From NCBI GenBank assembly GCA_030765145.1, contig JAVCDA010000002.1, forward strand, positions 16,320-80,319: a stretch of DNA of 64,000 bases, in the 5' to 3' direction. The notes under the pieces are model-generated. The model was not told where the DNA came from and ran no database searches. It saw only the letters and a program-made list of their open reading frames with translations. This DNA comes from Candidatus Saelkia tenebricola. Its GTDB lineage: Bacteria; Omnitrophota; Gorgyraeia; Kaelpiales; Kaelpiaceae. Below, one piece after another: positions 37,431-47,335 of the stretch (positions within the stretch are counted from its first letter, which is position 1; each line of letters starts with the position of its first letter). A program made the position numbers and the translations under genes.

Positions 37431-38314
37431 CTGTTTCTCTCCTTGATAAAACTTTGCAATTCTTTTAATGCTGTTTTTGTATAGCTATAATTGCTTATTA
37501 ATAAAAATATTAATCGCGGCAGGTCATATAATAACAGGGATAAAATAATATAGGCCGTATTTTTAAGTTTAAAATATTTTAAAATAAGAAAATATCTGTT
37601 TCTAAAAGAAAGGTATTGGGCGTGTTTTGAATTTATATTGCTCCCGCCGCGATAATGATATCCAATAGCTTCGGGGATATATTCAAAACGGTATCCTTTA
37701 TTCTGAGCTCTGATAGCAACATCGAAATCTTCCACCAGATAATGTAGTTTAGAATCGAAATATTCTCCATTTGCACCAACTATGTTTTCTAACATCGATC
37801 TTTTATATACAGCTGCACATGCACATGGTCCGATGACTTTTAAAGAAGAGGCTTTAAAATTTTTATATAATTTTCCTGCTCCGTGGTCATAGAAACGATA
37901 GAATTTAGTTAATATAATACCTAAAGAATCAATACGCTTAGGATCTCTCATGTTTAAAACAGTACCTCCCCACATACCGGTATCAAACGATGCATTTAAA
38001 CTTCTGTGGATAATTTTAGAAATATAGTCTGGTTGTAAAATAACATCAGAATCAAGTGTCATAACATATTCAGAATTTGTGTTTTTTATAACCTGGTTTC
38101 TGGCAAAACATACTCCGTAATTTTTAATATTCCTAATAACAGGAATATTAAACTCGTTTAAAATATCCGCTGTATCGTCTTGGGAATTGTTATCAACAAC
38201 CCTTATTTCCACATAGGGATAATCTTGAGCTAAAACTGATTTTAGACATTTTTTAATAAACTTCCCGGCATTATATGCAGGTATTATCACCACTACCTTA
38301 GAATAACTATCCAT
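37424..38314 (-). CDS. family 2 glycosyltransferase
   Basis: VVVIIPAYNAGKFIKKCLKSVLAQDYPYVEIRVVDNNSQDDT, a GT-A N-terminal motif. Confidence 0.8.
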   Translation of the reverse strand: MDSYSKVVVIIPAYNAGKFIKKCLKSVLAQDYPYVEIRVVDNNSQDDTADILNEFNIPVIRNIKNYGVCFARNQVIKNTNSEYVMTLDSDVILQPDYISKIIHRSLNASFDTGMWGGTVLNMRDPKRIDSLGIILTKFYRFYDHGAGKLYKNFKASSLKVIGPCACAAVYKRSMLENIVGANGEYFDSKLHYLVEDFDVAIRAQNKGYRFEYIPEAIGYHYRGGSNINSKHAQYLSFRNRYFLILKYFKLKNTAYIILSLLLYDLPRLIFLLISNYSYTKTALKELQSFIKERNRC

Positions 38315-38348
38315 TTAAGTATTTATGCCACCTCTAAAATAATAAATG

Positions 38349-38945
38349 CTAATCCTTCTTTCCGTACTTATTGAAATATAGTATTTTCTCCAATGGTCTT
38401 TTAGGTACGTAATGAATACCTTTTTTATCTTGGTAGTATTTTGTTTTTTTATCTGTTTCTATAGTTTTTGGGGTCTCTTTCGGATATCCTAATGCAATTA
38501 AGGAATCAAGCTTTACGTGTTTTGGTAAGCTTAAAATTTTAGAGATTTCTTTTTTATTTATTGCGCCCAACCAACAGCTTGCTATTTTAAAACCCAATGC
38601 CGACAACATGATGTTTTCAGCCGCAGCACCGAGATCCCTTAAATCAGATTTTGAGCTTCTAGTACAATTTATAGCAATCCCTACATAATAAAGAGGTCTT
38701 TCCTTAATACCAGGAGTTCCTTGGGGATATATATATGCAGCCCATTTTGTATAAGGGAATATTCTTTGTGTCGTTTTGTTATTGGTTATTAATATATATT
38801 CCAAAAACTGTAAATTTGCAGCGCTCGGCGCACATCTGGCAGCATTAATAATCTTTTTTAAAACAGGAAGTGTTATTTTACGTCGAGAAAATTTTCTAAC
38901 AGTTCTTCTTTTGATAATCAAACTATATAACTCATTTTTTTCCAT
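38349..38945 (-). CDS. nitroreductase-family flavoprotein
   Basis: KRRTVRKFSRRKITLPVLKKIINAARCAPSAANLQ is a classic nitroreductase N-terminus (R.S.R.F....I......I..AA..APS..N.Q). Confidence 0.75.
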   Translation of the reverse strand: MEKNELYSLIIKRRTVRKFSRRKITLPVLKKIINAARCAPSAANLQFLEYILITNNKTTQRIFPYTKWAAYIYPQGTPGIKERPLYYVGIAINCTRSSKSDLRDLGAAAENIMLSALGFKIASCWLGAINKKEISKILSLPKHVKLDSLIALGYPKETPKTIETDKKTKYYQDKKGIHYVPKRPLEKILYFNKYGKKD

Positions 38946-38950
38946 ATTAA

Positions 38951-39451
38951 TTAAAATTTTTCCCAGTGCAGCAATTCGTCAAGAGGTCTCTTCTCTGCCT
39001 TAGTAATTAAATCATTTTTAGGATAACCCAAAGATATTATGCTTATTAGATTGTATTCTGATGGTGCTTTTAACAGTATTTTTATATCTGGAACATAATC
39101 TTTTTTATCTCCGGCAATCCAGCAGGATGCTATTCCATAACTCGTTGCAGCAAGCAAAATATTTTCAGTTGCAGCTGAACAGTCCTCAAGGTAATATTTC
39201 GTTGGCCTGGAGAATATAACTATACAAGCAGAAGCTTCTTTTAAAAAAAGTGCGTTTCTGTTTGTTAAGCGGGAAATTTCTTTAAGAGTTTCTTTGTTCT
39301 TTATTACAATAAATTCCCAAGGTTCTTCTCCTCTTGCTGTAGGAGCCATATGACCGCAGTCGATTAAGTCTAATAAGATTTCATCGGAGATTAGTTTGTC
39401 TTTATATTCCCTAATGCTGCGTCTTTTTTTTATTATTTCTCTTGTCCCCAT
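38951..39451 (-). CDS. nitroreductase-family flavoprotein
   Basis: KKRRSIREYKDKLISDEILLDLIDCGHMAPTARGEEPWEF is a nitroreductase N-terminus; it lies in tandem with the previous nitroreductase. Confidence 0.75.
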   Translation of the reverse strand: MGTREIIKKRRSIREYKDKLISDEILLDLIDCGHMAPTARGEEPWEFIVIKNKETLKEISRLTNRNALFLKEASACIVIFSRPTKYYLEDCSAATENILLAATSYGIASCWIAGDKKDYVPDIKILLKAPSEYNLISIISLGYPKNDLITKAEKRPLDELLHWEKF

Positions 39452-39452
39452 C

Positions 39453-41243
39453 TTAATCCATTTTTAAAATTGCCAAGAATGCTTCTTGAGGGATATCGAC
39501 TTTACCAAATTTTTTCATACGTTTCTTACCTTCTTTTTGCCTGTCCCAGAGTTTTCTTTTTCTTGTAATATCTCCCCCATAGCATTTTCCAGTAACATGT
39601 TTTTTTAAAGCAACTACAGACTCGCGGGCAATAATTTTTCCTCCTATTGCAGCTTGAATTGCCACTTCGAATAACTGCCTTGGGATCGTAGATCTTAATT
39701 TTTGAACCAGCTGCCTGGCTTTATAATTGGATTTCTCTTTATCTATTAAAAGAGATAGCGCTTCGCAGATTTCTCCGTTGATAAGAATATCAACCTTAAT
39801 TAAATCAACTTCTCTATACTCTAAAAACTCATAATCCAAAGAACCATATCCACGGGTCATGGATTTTATTTTATCATGGAAATCAATCAATATTTCCGCC
39901 AGTGGTAATTCATAAGTCAATCCTACTCTTTTTTTGCCGTAATACTCTGTTGCTTTATATATTCCTCGTTTTGCCTGGGTAAGCTCCATAATAGCCCCAA
40001 TTGAATCTGGAGGCACTAATATATAAGCTTTGACATAAGGCTCCATTACTTGTGTATCCCGGGATTGATTGAATTTAGAAGGTGTATCAACCTCTATTTT
40101 CTCCCCAGTCTTTTTTAAAACAATATATTTTACGTTTGGAGTGGTAATAACAATGTTTATTTTGAATTCTCTTTCTAGTCTTTCTTGGATAATTTCCATA
40201 TGCAAAAGCCCTAGGAATCCGCATCTAAAACCCGGTCCTAAGGCAGGAGAATTCTCCGGCTCAAATATCAATGCTACATCAGTAAGTGAAAGTTTCTCTA
40301 AAGCTTCTCTTAAGATATTGACATCAGACGTACTGACCGGATAAAAACCTGCATAGACCATTGGTTTATGTTTTTTAAATCCCGAAACAGCAACAGATGT
40401 GGGGTTTTCAAATGAAGTTACAGTATCTCCTGAAATTATCTCTCTTGGAATTTTAATGTTTGCAGTAATAAAACCTACATCTCCAACACTAAGCGAATCA
40501 ACAAACTTAGGGTAGGGAGTTAATATTCCGATTTCTTCGACTTCATATTCTTTACCTGTGGCAAACATTTTTATTTTATCTTTGGGTTTTATTATGCCGT
40601 CAAAAACTCTTAAGTAAATAACCACCCCTTTATAAACATCGAAATAAGAATCAAATATCATTGCTTTAAGAGGTTCTGAGACGTCTCCTTGCGGTGGAGG
40701 TACATCTTCTACAATACGCCTTAAAATATCGTCAATCCCAATACCCTCTTTAGCGCTGGCTCTTACGATTTGTTCCTTTTCTATTTGCAGGATATCTTCA
40801 ATCTGAACCTCGATTTCTTCTGCTCGTGCATTCGGCAAATCTATTTTGTTTATAACAGGAATAATTTTTAAGTTTTTTTCAAGAGCAAAATGAAGATTTG
40901 CAACAGTCTGCGCTTCAACACCCTGAGCAGCATCTACAACTAAAAGAGCCCCTTCAGAACAGGATATGGATTTTGTAACTTCGGACGTAAAATCCACATG
41001 TCCCGGGGTATCGATTAAGTTAAGTTCATAGTTTTCTCCATCATAGTTATATAACAGTCTTACAGCACTTGCTTTAATAGTTATTCCCCTCTCCCTCTCT
41101 AAGTCCATATCGTCAAGAATTTGGGATTTAAAAGATCTTTCTGTTATAGCATTTGTATTGAGTAGAAATCTATCTGCAAGCGTAGATTTTCCGTGGTCAA
41201 TATGTGCAATTATAGAAAAGTTTCTTATTAATTTAGGATCCAT
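39453..41243 (-). CDS. lepA: elongation factor 4 (LepA)
   Basis: IRNFSIIAHIDHGKSTLADR G-domain motifs, 596 aa, and the LepA-specific C-terminal domain (...GKCYGGDITRKRKLW). Confidence 0.95.
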   Translation of the reverse strand: MDPKLIRNFSIIAHIDHGKSTLADRFLLNTNAITERSFKSQILDDMDLERERGITIKASAVRLLYNYDGENYELNLIDTPGHVDFTSEVTKSISCSEGALLVVDAAQGVEAQTVANLHFALEKNLKIIPVINKIDLPNARAEEIEVQIEDILQIEKEQIVRASAKEGIGIDDILRRIVEDVPPPQGDVSEPLKAMIFDSYFDVYKGVVIYLRVFDGIIKPKDKIKMFATGKEYEVEEIGILTPYPKFVDSLSVGDVGFITANIKIPREIISGDTVTSFENPTSVAVSGFKKHKPMVYAGFYPVSTSDVNILREALEKLSLTDVALIFEPENSPALGPGFRCGFLGLLHMEIIQERLEREFKINIVITTPNVKYIVLKKTGEKIEVDTPSKFNQSRDTQVMEPYVKAYILVPPDSIGAIMELTQAKRGIYKATEYYGKKRVGLTYELPLAEILIDFHDKIKSMTRGYGSLDYEFLEYREVDLIKVDILINGEICEALSLLIDKEKSNYKARQLVQKLRSTIPRQLFEVAIQAAIGGKIIARESVVALKKHVTGKCYGGDITRKRKLWDRQKEGKKRMKKFGKVDIPQEAFLAILKMD

Positions 41244-41244
41244 T

Positions 41245-42654
41245 TTATTTTATCGATAAGGCAAATTTTTTACCGAAAGAAACAAGCTTTTTAACCTTAT
41301 CAATGGAAGAACTTTCAGAATATATCCTTAAAATAGGTTCTGTTCCTGATAATCTGAAAATCAGCCAGCTGTCGTTGGCGAGAATTATTTTTATTCCATC
41401 AGTTTTTTTGATATCCACAACTTCAAAATTACAGACTTTTTTAAACGGATGACTTTTCAGCTTTTTGAAAAGTTTGGGTTTTAATTTGTCAGGATAGTGA
41501 ATATCGACTCTTTCGTAGTAAAACTTGCCAAATTCATCCTCGACTTCATGGATAATCTGATTGATTCCTTTGTTTTCATGAGCCATAAGTTCAACCAGCA
41601 AAAGTCCGCTCAAAACACCGTCTCTTTCAGGGATATAGTTTTTAAACCCAATACCACCGGATTCTTCTCCTCCTATTAAAACATCTATTTTTTTCATAAG
41701 TTCAGCAATATGCTTAAAACCAACTGGAGTTTCATATACCTGGAGTTTAAATTTACGGGCAATAACTCCTATTAAAGAACTATTAGATATTGTTTTTACA
41801 ACTGCACCTGTTTCTTCCCGGTTTTTGATGAAATGGATAAGTAAAAGAGCCATGATCCATCCGGGATTTAAGAAACGCCCTCCCTTTGCTATCGCACCGA
41901 TTCTGTCTGCATCCCCGTCGGTTACAAGACAGATGTCATATTTGCTGCTCTTCATGATAGATAGAGAGTCTTTAAGGTTTTTAGCAATAGGTTCCGGACT
42001 AATTCCGCAAAATGAAGGATTTAATTCACCCCTTATTGTATCAACTTGACAATTTGAACCTGCTAAAATATCACACAAGAGATGATCTCCTGTTCCATAC
42101 ATCGCATCGTGTAAGATTTTGAATTTACTTTTTTTGATAACATCAAAGTTAATATAATTTCTCAAATATTTGACATATTCTTTTCTATAATCAGTTTCTA
42201 TAATCTTTCCCCTTTTCAAAGCTGTATCGTAATCCATTTCTCTTACTTTTGATTTCCCGAACAATTTCTCTATTTTTTTTGTTTCTGTTAAGGCGGCAGG
42301 AGAAGCCTCATCTGTTCTTATTTTTATCCCATTAAAATTCGCAGGATTATGGCTTGCCGTAATCATTATCCCGCCGGAAAATTTATATTTTTTGATTGCG
42401 AAGCATAAACAGGGAGAAGGTAAAGCGGATTTAAATATCCAAACACCTATATTATTTGCCGCTAAAACAGATGCAACTGTTTTAGCAAATTCCGGGGATA
42501 AAAATCTGGTGTCAAACCCCACAACTACTTTTAAATTTCTTTTTTTTGTATCTTTTAGAGAATCAGCATATGCCTGGGCAACTTTTCTTACATTCTCAAA
42601 TGTAAAATCTTCAGCGATTATCGCCCTCCATCCATCAGTTCCGAATTGTATCAT
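41245..42654 (-). CDS. phosphoglucomutase/phosphomannomutase family protein (phospho-sugar mutase)
   Basis: N-terminal FGTDGWRA motif and the active-site serine loop TASHNPANFNGIKI. Confidence 0.85.
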   Translation of the reverse strand: MIQFGTDGWRAIIAEDFTFENVRKVAQAYADSLKDTKKRNLKVVVGFDTRFLSPEFAKTVASVLAANNIGVWIFKSALPSPCLCFAIKKYKFSGGIMITASHNPANFNGIKIRTDEASPAALTETKKIEKLFGKSKVREMDYDTALKRGKIIETDYRKEYVKYLRNYINFDVIKKSKFKILHDAMYGTGDHLLCDILAGSNCQVDTIRGELNPSFCGISPEPIAKNLKDSLSIMKSSKYDICLVTDGDADRIGAIAKGGRFLNPGWIMALLLIHFIKNREETGAVVKTISNSSLIGVIARKFKLQVYETPVGFKHIAELMKKIDVLIGGEESGGIGFKNYIPERDGVLSGLLLVELMAHENKGINQIIHEVEDEFGKFYYERVDIHYPDKLKPKLFKKLKSHPFKKVCNFEVVDIKKTDGIKIILANDSWLIFRLSGTEPILRIYSESSSIDKVKKLVSFGKKFALSIK

Positions 42655-43343
42655 TGCTTTCTCCTTTTAACATTTTTTAAACTATTAATTGCTTCTGTTC
42701 TATCTGAAGCTCCAAATATATATGTACCTGCAACCAAGATATTGCAACCTGCTTCAACTGCTGACTCAGCTGTTGAAGCATTTATTCCACCGTCTATTTG
42801 TATATCACCTTTAAACTGAAGGTCTTCTCTTAATATTCTTACTTTATCTAAAACGTCGTTAATAAATGATTGCCCTCCGAATCCTGGATTGACAGACATA
42901 ATAAGTATAAAATCTAAATCTATAGTGCTTAGAATTTCCCGGAAACATTCTACTTTAGTCGGCGGATTTATTGTAAGAGCGGTGCGTATTCCTTTTACGC
43001 TTTGATATGTTTTAACGAGATTTTTGATATTTAACCCCGTATCTTCTAAAAACACTTCAACATGAAAATTAATTATATCAGCTCCTGAATCTATAAACTC
43101 AGGAATATATTTGTAAGGATCTTCAATCATTAAATGGACGTCTAAAGGAAGGCTTGTAACTTTTTTTATGGTTCTTACAATCCCAGGACCTATTGTGATA
43201 TTAGGTACGAAATGTCCATCCATAATATCAATGTGCATTAAATCTACACCCCGTTTTTCTACGTCGATTAGCTCTTCAGCAAGTTTAGAATAATCCGCAG
43301 CCAATATTGACGGTGCGATTTTGATTTGAGGATAGTAAACCAT
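42651..43343 (-). CDS. rpe: ribulose-phosphate 3-epimerase (start moved to MVYYPQ; ORF track extends to 43415)
   Basis: IAPSILAADYSKLAEE...LMHIDIMDGHFVPNITIGP is canonical Rpe. The track's 24-aa N-terminal extension overlaps the upstream gene and is not Rpe-like. Confidence 0.9.
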   Translation of the reverse strand: MVYYPQIKIAPSILAADYSKLAEELIDVEKRGVDLMHIDIMDGHFVPNITIGPGIVRTIKKVTSLPLDVHLMIEDPYKYIPEFIDSGADIINFHVEVFLEDTGLNIKNLVKTYQSVKGIRTALTINPPTKVECFREILSTIDLDFILIMSVNPGFGGQSFINDVLDKVRILREDLQFKGDIQIDGGINASTAESAVEAGCNILVAGTYIFGASDRTEAINSLKNVKRRKQ

Positions 43344-43362
43344 AATTATTTCTCCTTGTTGT

Positions 43363-44433
43363 TTATTTACGTTGTTTTCTGGCAAATAGAGAGTATACCC
43401 TGCTAACGTTTTCAAGGGTTATTATGCCTTTTAAAATTCCTTCGTTATCAATAACAGGCAGTGCTTTTAAATGTGTGCTTTCCATTTTGCTATAAGCGCT
43501 TCCAAGGAATTCACTACTTGTTGCAGTAGGAAAATCTACCAGCATGATTTCATACACTTTCTTATCTAATTCTTTATTTTGGACGGTTAAAATAATCTTC
43601 TCACGCGGTAGGAATCCAGTTATTCTACCTTCATCTGTTACAACCGGAAAATCTTCTTGATTAGAATGTAGCATCTGGTTTAAAACATCCGACATAGTAG
43701 TTTGGGGATTTACTGAATAAACATTTTCCGGGAGAACATCCAAAACTTTAATGTTATTTAGTGTAGATTTTAAACTGGCAACGGATTGTTCCTGAGAAGC
43801 TGCCATAAATACGAACAATGCAATCAAAAGCAAAATTAAATTAGGCGGCTGTGACGTTAGAGCTATAAATGCAAATATTAGTGCAAAAAGATGCCCGAAT
43901 CCGACAGCTATTTTTGTTGCTTTCAGGTAAGAAAATTTTATTGCCAAAAGAGACCTTAAAATTCTTCCGCCATCCATAGGGAAAGCCGGCAACAGGTTAA
44001 ACCCTGCTAAAATCGGATTTATCCAATAGGCATAAGCCATTGTACCTGACCAAGTTATGAGGCTAGGATGAGAAAGAGAATATGAACCTAAAACAATCTT
44101 CAACGGAAAATACAAAACAAGTGCCAGTATTATGTTAAATAATGGGCCGGCGATTGAGATCATGAATTCTTGCATAGGGGTTTTTGGGTTCGAGCGCATA
44201 TTAGCAATACCCCCAATAGGTAAAAGAATTATCTTATCAACCTTGATTCCGTAATTCTTAGCAACTACGCTGTGCATTAATTCGTGCGCAGCAACGCAAG
44301 TAAAAATTGCACATATTATAAAAATCCCTTTCATTCCGTACATAAACCAGAAGAATATTGGCAAAATCAAAAATGTTATATGCATCTCTAATTTTATGCC
44401 CAGTATTGTTAATATCTTAATCGTGCCTTTCAT
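43363..44433 (-). CDS. M50-family (site-2 protease) metallopeptidase with C-terminal CBS domain pair
   Basis: HExxH in AAHELMHSVVAK within a TM helix; multiple TM helices; C-terminal CBS-like repeats. Confidence 0.8.
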   Translation of the reverse strand: MKGTIKILTILGIKLEMHITFLILPIFFWFMYGMKGIFIICAIFTCVAAHELMHSVVAKNYGIKVDKIILLPIGGIANMRSNPKTPMQEFMISIAGPLFNIILALVLYFPLKIVLGSYSLSHPSLITWSGTMAYAYWINPILAGFNLLPAFPMDGGRILRSLLAIKFSYLKATKIAVGFGHLFALIFAFIALTSQPPNLILLLIALFVFMAASQEQSVASLKSTLNNIKVLDVLPENVYSVNPQTTMSDVLNQMLHSNQEDFPVVTDEGRITGFLPREKIILTVQNKELDKKVYEIMLVDFPTATSSEFLGSAYSKMESTHLKALPVIDNEGILKGIITLENVSRVYSLFARKQRK

Positions 44434-44842
44434 TTCTCAACCATTCCAGATAAGATTGTAAGATTATTTGAGCAGATATCATATCTAATTTGCTCTTCTG
44501 TTTTTTTGCATTCAATTCTCTTAGAGCCATCTCTGCTTCTTTTGTAGAAAACCTTTCATCCCATAATATAACCTTAGTATTAAAATGATGTTCAATCAGC
44601 TCTGCTGTTTTTTTTGTTTTCATTGTGGCAGTTGATTCTTCGCCGTATTTATTCAGAGGATTTCCAATAACAACGCTTTGGATATCGTAAATATTAAAAT
44701 ATTTTGATAATTTGTTTAACAAATCAGACCTTCCTCGGATGTGTAAAACATCTAGCCCTTGAGCAAATATTTTTAAAGGGTCAGATACCGCAACCCCTAC
44801 CCTCTTTTCTCCTAAATCAAGCGAGAGGAATCTTTTTTCCAT
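44417..44842 (-). CDS. ruvX: Holliday-junction resolvase-like nuclease RuvX/YqgF
   Basis: [17 protein letters not shown]-terminal motif; 141 aa. Confidence 0.85.
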   Translation of the reverse strand: MEKRFLSLDLGEKRVGVAVSDPLKIFAQGLDVLHIRGRSDLLNKLSKYFNIYDIQSVVIGNPLNKYGEESTATMKTKKTAELIEHHFNTKVILWDERFSTKEAEMALRELNAKKQKSKLDMISAQIILQSYLEWLRNERHD

Positions 44843-45635
44843 CTAATACACTCCTGATTCGGCGAGTGAATTTGGCTATTTCATCCACTGCCATTTTTTT
44901 ATTATTAATGTTTTTCTCAATAATTTTAACAATAGCACTTCCGATAATAATGCCGTCTGCATATTCTGCTAATGTTTTTGCCTGTTTAGCTGTCGAAATA
45001 CCAAACCCCACACAAACCGGAAGAGTTGTATTCTTTTTAACCAGTTTAATGTGTTCTATCGCTTTTTTTTCAAAACCTTGATGTTGACCAGTCACACCTT
45101 TAATAGAGATGTAATAGATAAATCCTGATGCATTACTATTAATTTTTTTCATTCTCAGAGAAGGTGTTGTCGGAGAAATAAAACATATTGAAGCAAGATC
45201 TATTGCTTTTGAATTTTTGATGAATTTCTTTGATTCCTCAAATGATAAATCAGGTATTATAATTCCATCTAACTTTGTTTTTTCACAAACCTTAAAAAAC
45301 CTTTCCTCACCCATCATGAAAACAGGATTATAATAACTCATAAAAAGAATTGGCACCGAAATTTGTTTTTTTATGTTTTCAAGCATTTTGAATCCTTCTA
45401 TTAAACTAGCACCTTTATTAAGAGCTCTTATCGAAGCTTTCTGTATTACAGGACCATCTGCCATGGGGTCGGAAAATGGAATACCTATCTCAATTGCATC
45501 AGCTCCATTATTCTCGAGGGCTTTAAGTATTTTAAGAAAATATTCTTTATCGGGATCCCATAGAGTTACAAAGGGGAGAAACAGCTTTCTTTTTTGTTTC
45601 TTAAGCAGCGTAAAATGTTTTTGTAATGAATTCAT
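44817..45635 (-). CDS. trpA: tryptophan synthase alpha chain
   Basis: LPFVTLWDP...[24 protein letters not shown] is canonical TrpA. Confidence 0.9.
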   Translation of the reverse strand: MNSLQKHFTLLKKQKRKLFLPFVTLWDPDKEYFLKILKALENNGADAIEIGIPFSDPMADGPVIQKASIRALNKGASLIEGFKMLENIKKQISVPILFMSYYNPVFMMGEERFFKVCEKTKLDGIIIPDLSFEESKKFIKNSKAIDLASICFISPTTPSLRMKKINSNASGFIYYISIKGVTGQHQGFEKKAIEHIKLVKKNTTLPVCVGFGISTAKQAKTLAEYADGIIIGSAIVKIIEKNINNKKMAVDEIAKFTRRIRSVLDGKKIPLA

Positions 45636-46807
45636 ACTAAATGCTCCTTAACTATATCAATGTCTTTATCTCCTCGTCCGGAAAGGTTGAGTATCACAAT
45701 ATCCAGTTTTTTAAATCTCTTTTTATGTTTTATAAGATAACCTATGGCATGCGAAGGTTCTAATGCAGGTATTATACCTTCGGTTTCAGATAAAAACTTA
45801 AATCCTAAAAGCGTTGTTTTATCATCAACCGCATAATATTGGGCACGTTTTATATCTTTATAATAAGCATGTTCAGGACCTACTCCGGGATAATCAAGCC
45901 CGGCAGATATTGAATGTGCTGTTTGAATCTGCCCGTTCTTATCTTGTAGGAGATAACTTTTTGCCCCCTGGAAGACTCCTATTGTTCCCTTACATAAACT
46001 GGCTCCATGCTCTTTGGTATTTAAGCCCCGTCCAGCAGGTTCAACACCGATAAATTTTACTCTTTTATCTCTATAAAACGGATGAAATAACCCCATAGCA
46101 TTGCTTCCTCCGCCTACACAGGCAACAAGATAATCGGGCAAACGTTTTTCATGCCTTAAAATCTGTTTTTTGACTTCCTTACCTATAATGCACTGAAAAT
46201 CTCTTACTATCATAGGATATGGATATGGACCAACAATAGAACCTATAACGTAATGTGTGGTATCAATATTACTAACCCAGTCTCTAATTGCCTCATTGAT
46301 AGCATCTTTAAGCGTCATGCTTCCAGAATCAACGCATTTAACTTCAGTTCCTAAAAGCTGCATCCTAAACACATTAAGGCTTTGCCTGTGCATGTCTTCT
46401 TTCCCCATGTAAACACAACATGGCATTTTGAATAAAGCTGCTGCTGTTGCTGTTGCAACACCATGCTGGCCTGCACCTGTTTCAGCTATAATGCGTTTTT
46501 TACCCATCATCTTTGCCATTAAAACCTGCCCCAGAGTATTGTTTATTTTATGGGCACCGGTATGAGCTAAGTCTTCACGTTTTAAATAAATTTTAAATCC
46601 TAAATATTTGGAAAAATTTTCTGCAAAATAAAGCGGGGTTGGTCTACCTGCATATTCTTTGAGATAATAATTGAGTTTGTTTCTAAACTCTTTAGATTTT
46701 TTGAAATAAGCGTATGAAGTTTCAAGCTCATTTATTGCTACGATAAGAGTTTCAGGGACAAATTTCCCGCCAAAATTTAGAAAATAACCTTTTTTATCAG
46801 GATACAT
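45632..46807 (-). CDS. trpB: tryptophan synthase beta chain
   Basis: GGKFVPETL, the PLP-lysine motif [11 protein letters not shown], and a GGGSNA region. Confidence 0.95.
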   Translation of the reverse strand: MYPDKKGYFLNFGGKFVPETLIVAINELETSYAYFKKSKEFRNKLNYYLKEYAGRPTPLYFAENFSKYLGFKIYLKREDLAHTGAHKINNTLGQVLMAKMMGKKRIIAETGAGQHGVATATAAALFKMPCCVYMGKEDMHRQSLNVFRMQLLGTEVKCVDSGSMTLKDAINEAIRDWVSNIDTTHYVIGSIVGPYPYPMIVRDFQCIIGKEVKKQILRHEKRLPDYLVACVGGGSNAMGLFHPFYRDKRVKFIGVEPAGRGLNTKEHGASLCKGTIGVFQGAKSYLLQDKNGQIQTAHSISAGLDYPGVGPEHAYYKDIKRAQYYAVDDKTTLLGFKFLSETEGIIPALEPSHAIGYLIKHKKRFKKLDIVILNLSGRGDKDIDIVKEHLV

Positions 46808-46810
46808 AAC

Positions 46811-47335
46811 TCATCTGCCTATTTGTTTACGGAACAGTTCCCGTATTTGTTTAAATATATCATTGTATTCTTGTGTCCTATAATCAGGGTAAGTCCATAG
46901 AAAATTCTGAAAATTATCATCTTTATAATAAAGGGTTATTTCTGCATATATACCTTGTGATAAATAAAACCTCTGGAGATTATCTTTTGTTGAAGCTAAA
47001 ATCAATTTCCCTTCGTTTAAATATCCAGGATCAATATTGATACTCCGTTTTGAATTAATTGCATTTTTTTTCTCCAAAATATTTGTGTGAAGTTTTATGC
47101 CAGAAAGTTCTTTAGGGTGTATCAGCTTCTTGAAGCTTATGAATCTTCTAAGCAATCTCTCCCCCATCTCTTGAGTATAATAATCTGTAAAATTAAAATC
47201 GATTATATTACTTTTAAAATCTATTTTGTCGTATTTTCTTTCTAACATTTTCTCAACATTTTCGAATAAGCTGCCATTGTTTGAAATCATACCCATTATC
47301 AGTTTTACAGGTGATACCTTCCTTACAAGCCCCAT
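46811..47335 (-). CDS. hypothetical protein inserted in trp operon (possibly a DUF-family protein)
   Basis: A 174-aa protein between trpF and trpB, translationally coupled on both sides; no family confidently recognised. Confidence 0.4.
   Translation of the reverse strand: MGLVRKVSPVKLIMGMISNNGSLFENVEKMLERKYDKIDFKSNIIDFNFTDYYTQEMGERLLRRFISFKKLIHPKELSGIKLHTNILEKKNAINSKRSINIDPGYLNEGKLILASTKDNLQRFYLSQGIYAEITLYYKDDNFQNFLWTYPDYRTQEYNDIFKQIRELFRKQIGR

Noticed and set aside
18688-43415. RiPP precursor peptide gene for the SPASM/class B rSAM enzymes
   Set aside because: No intergenic space larger than 47 nt exists anywhere in the cluster and no short Cys/Gly/Ser-rich ORF was seen. A precursor, if any, must be encoded outside this window. 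This is why the RiPP hypothesis is kept only as an alternative to glycan tailoring.
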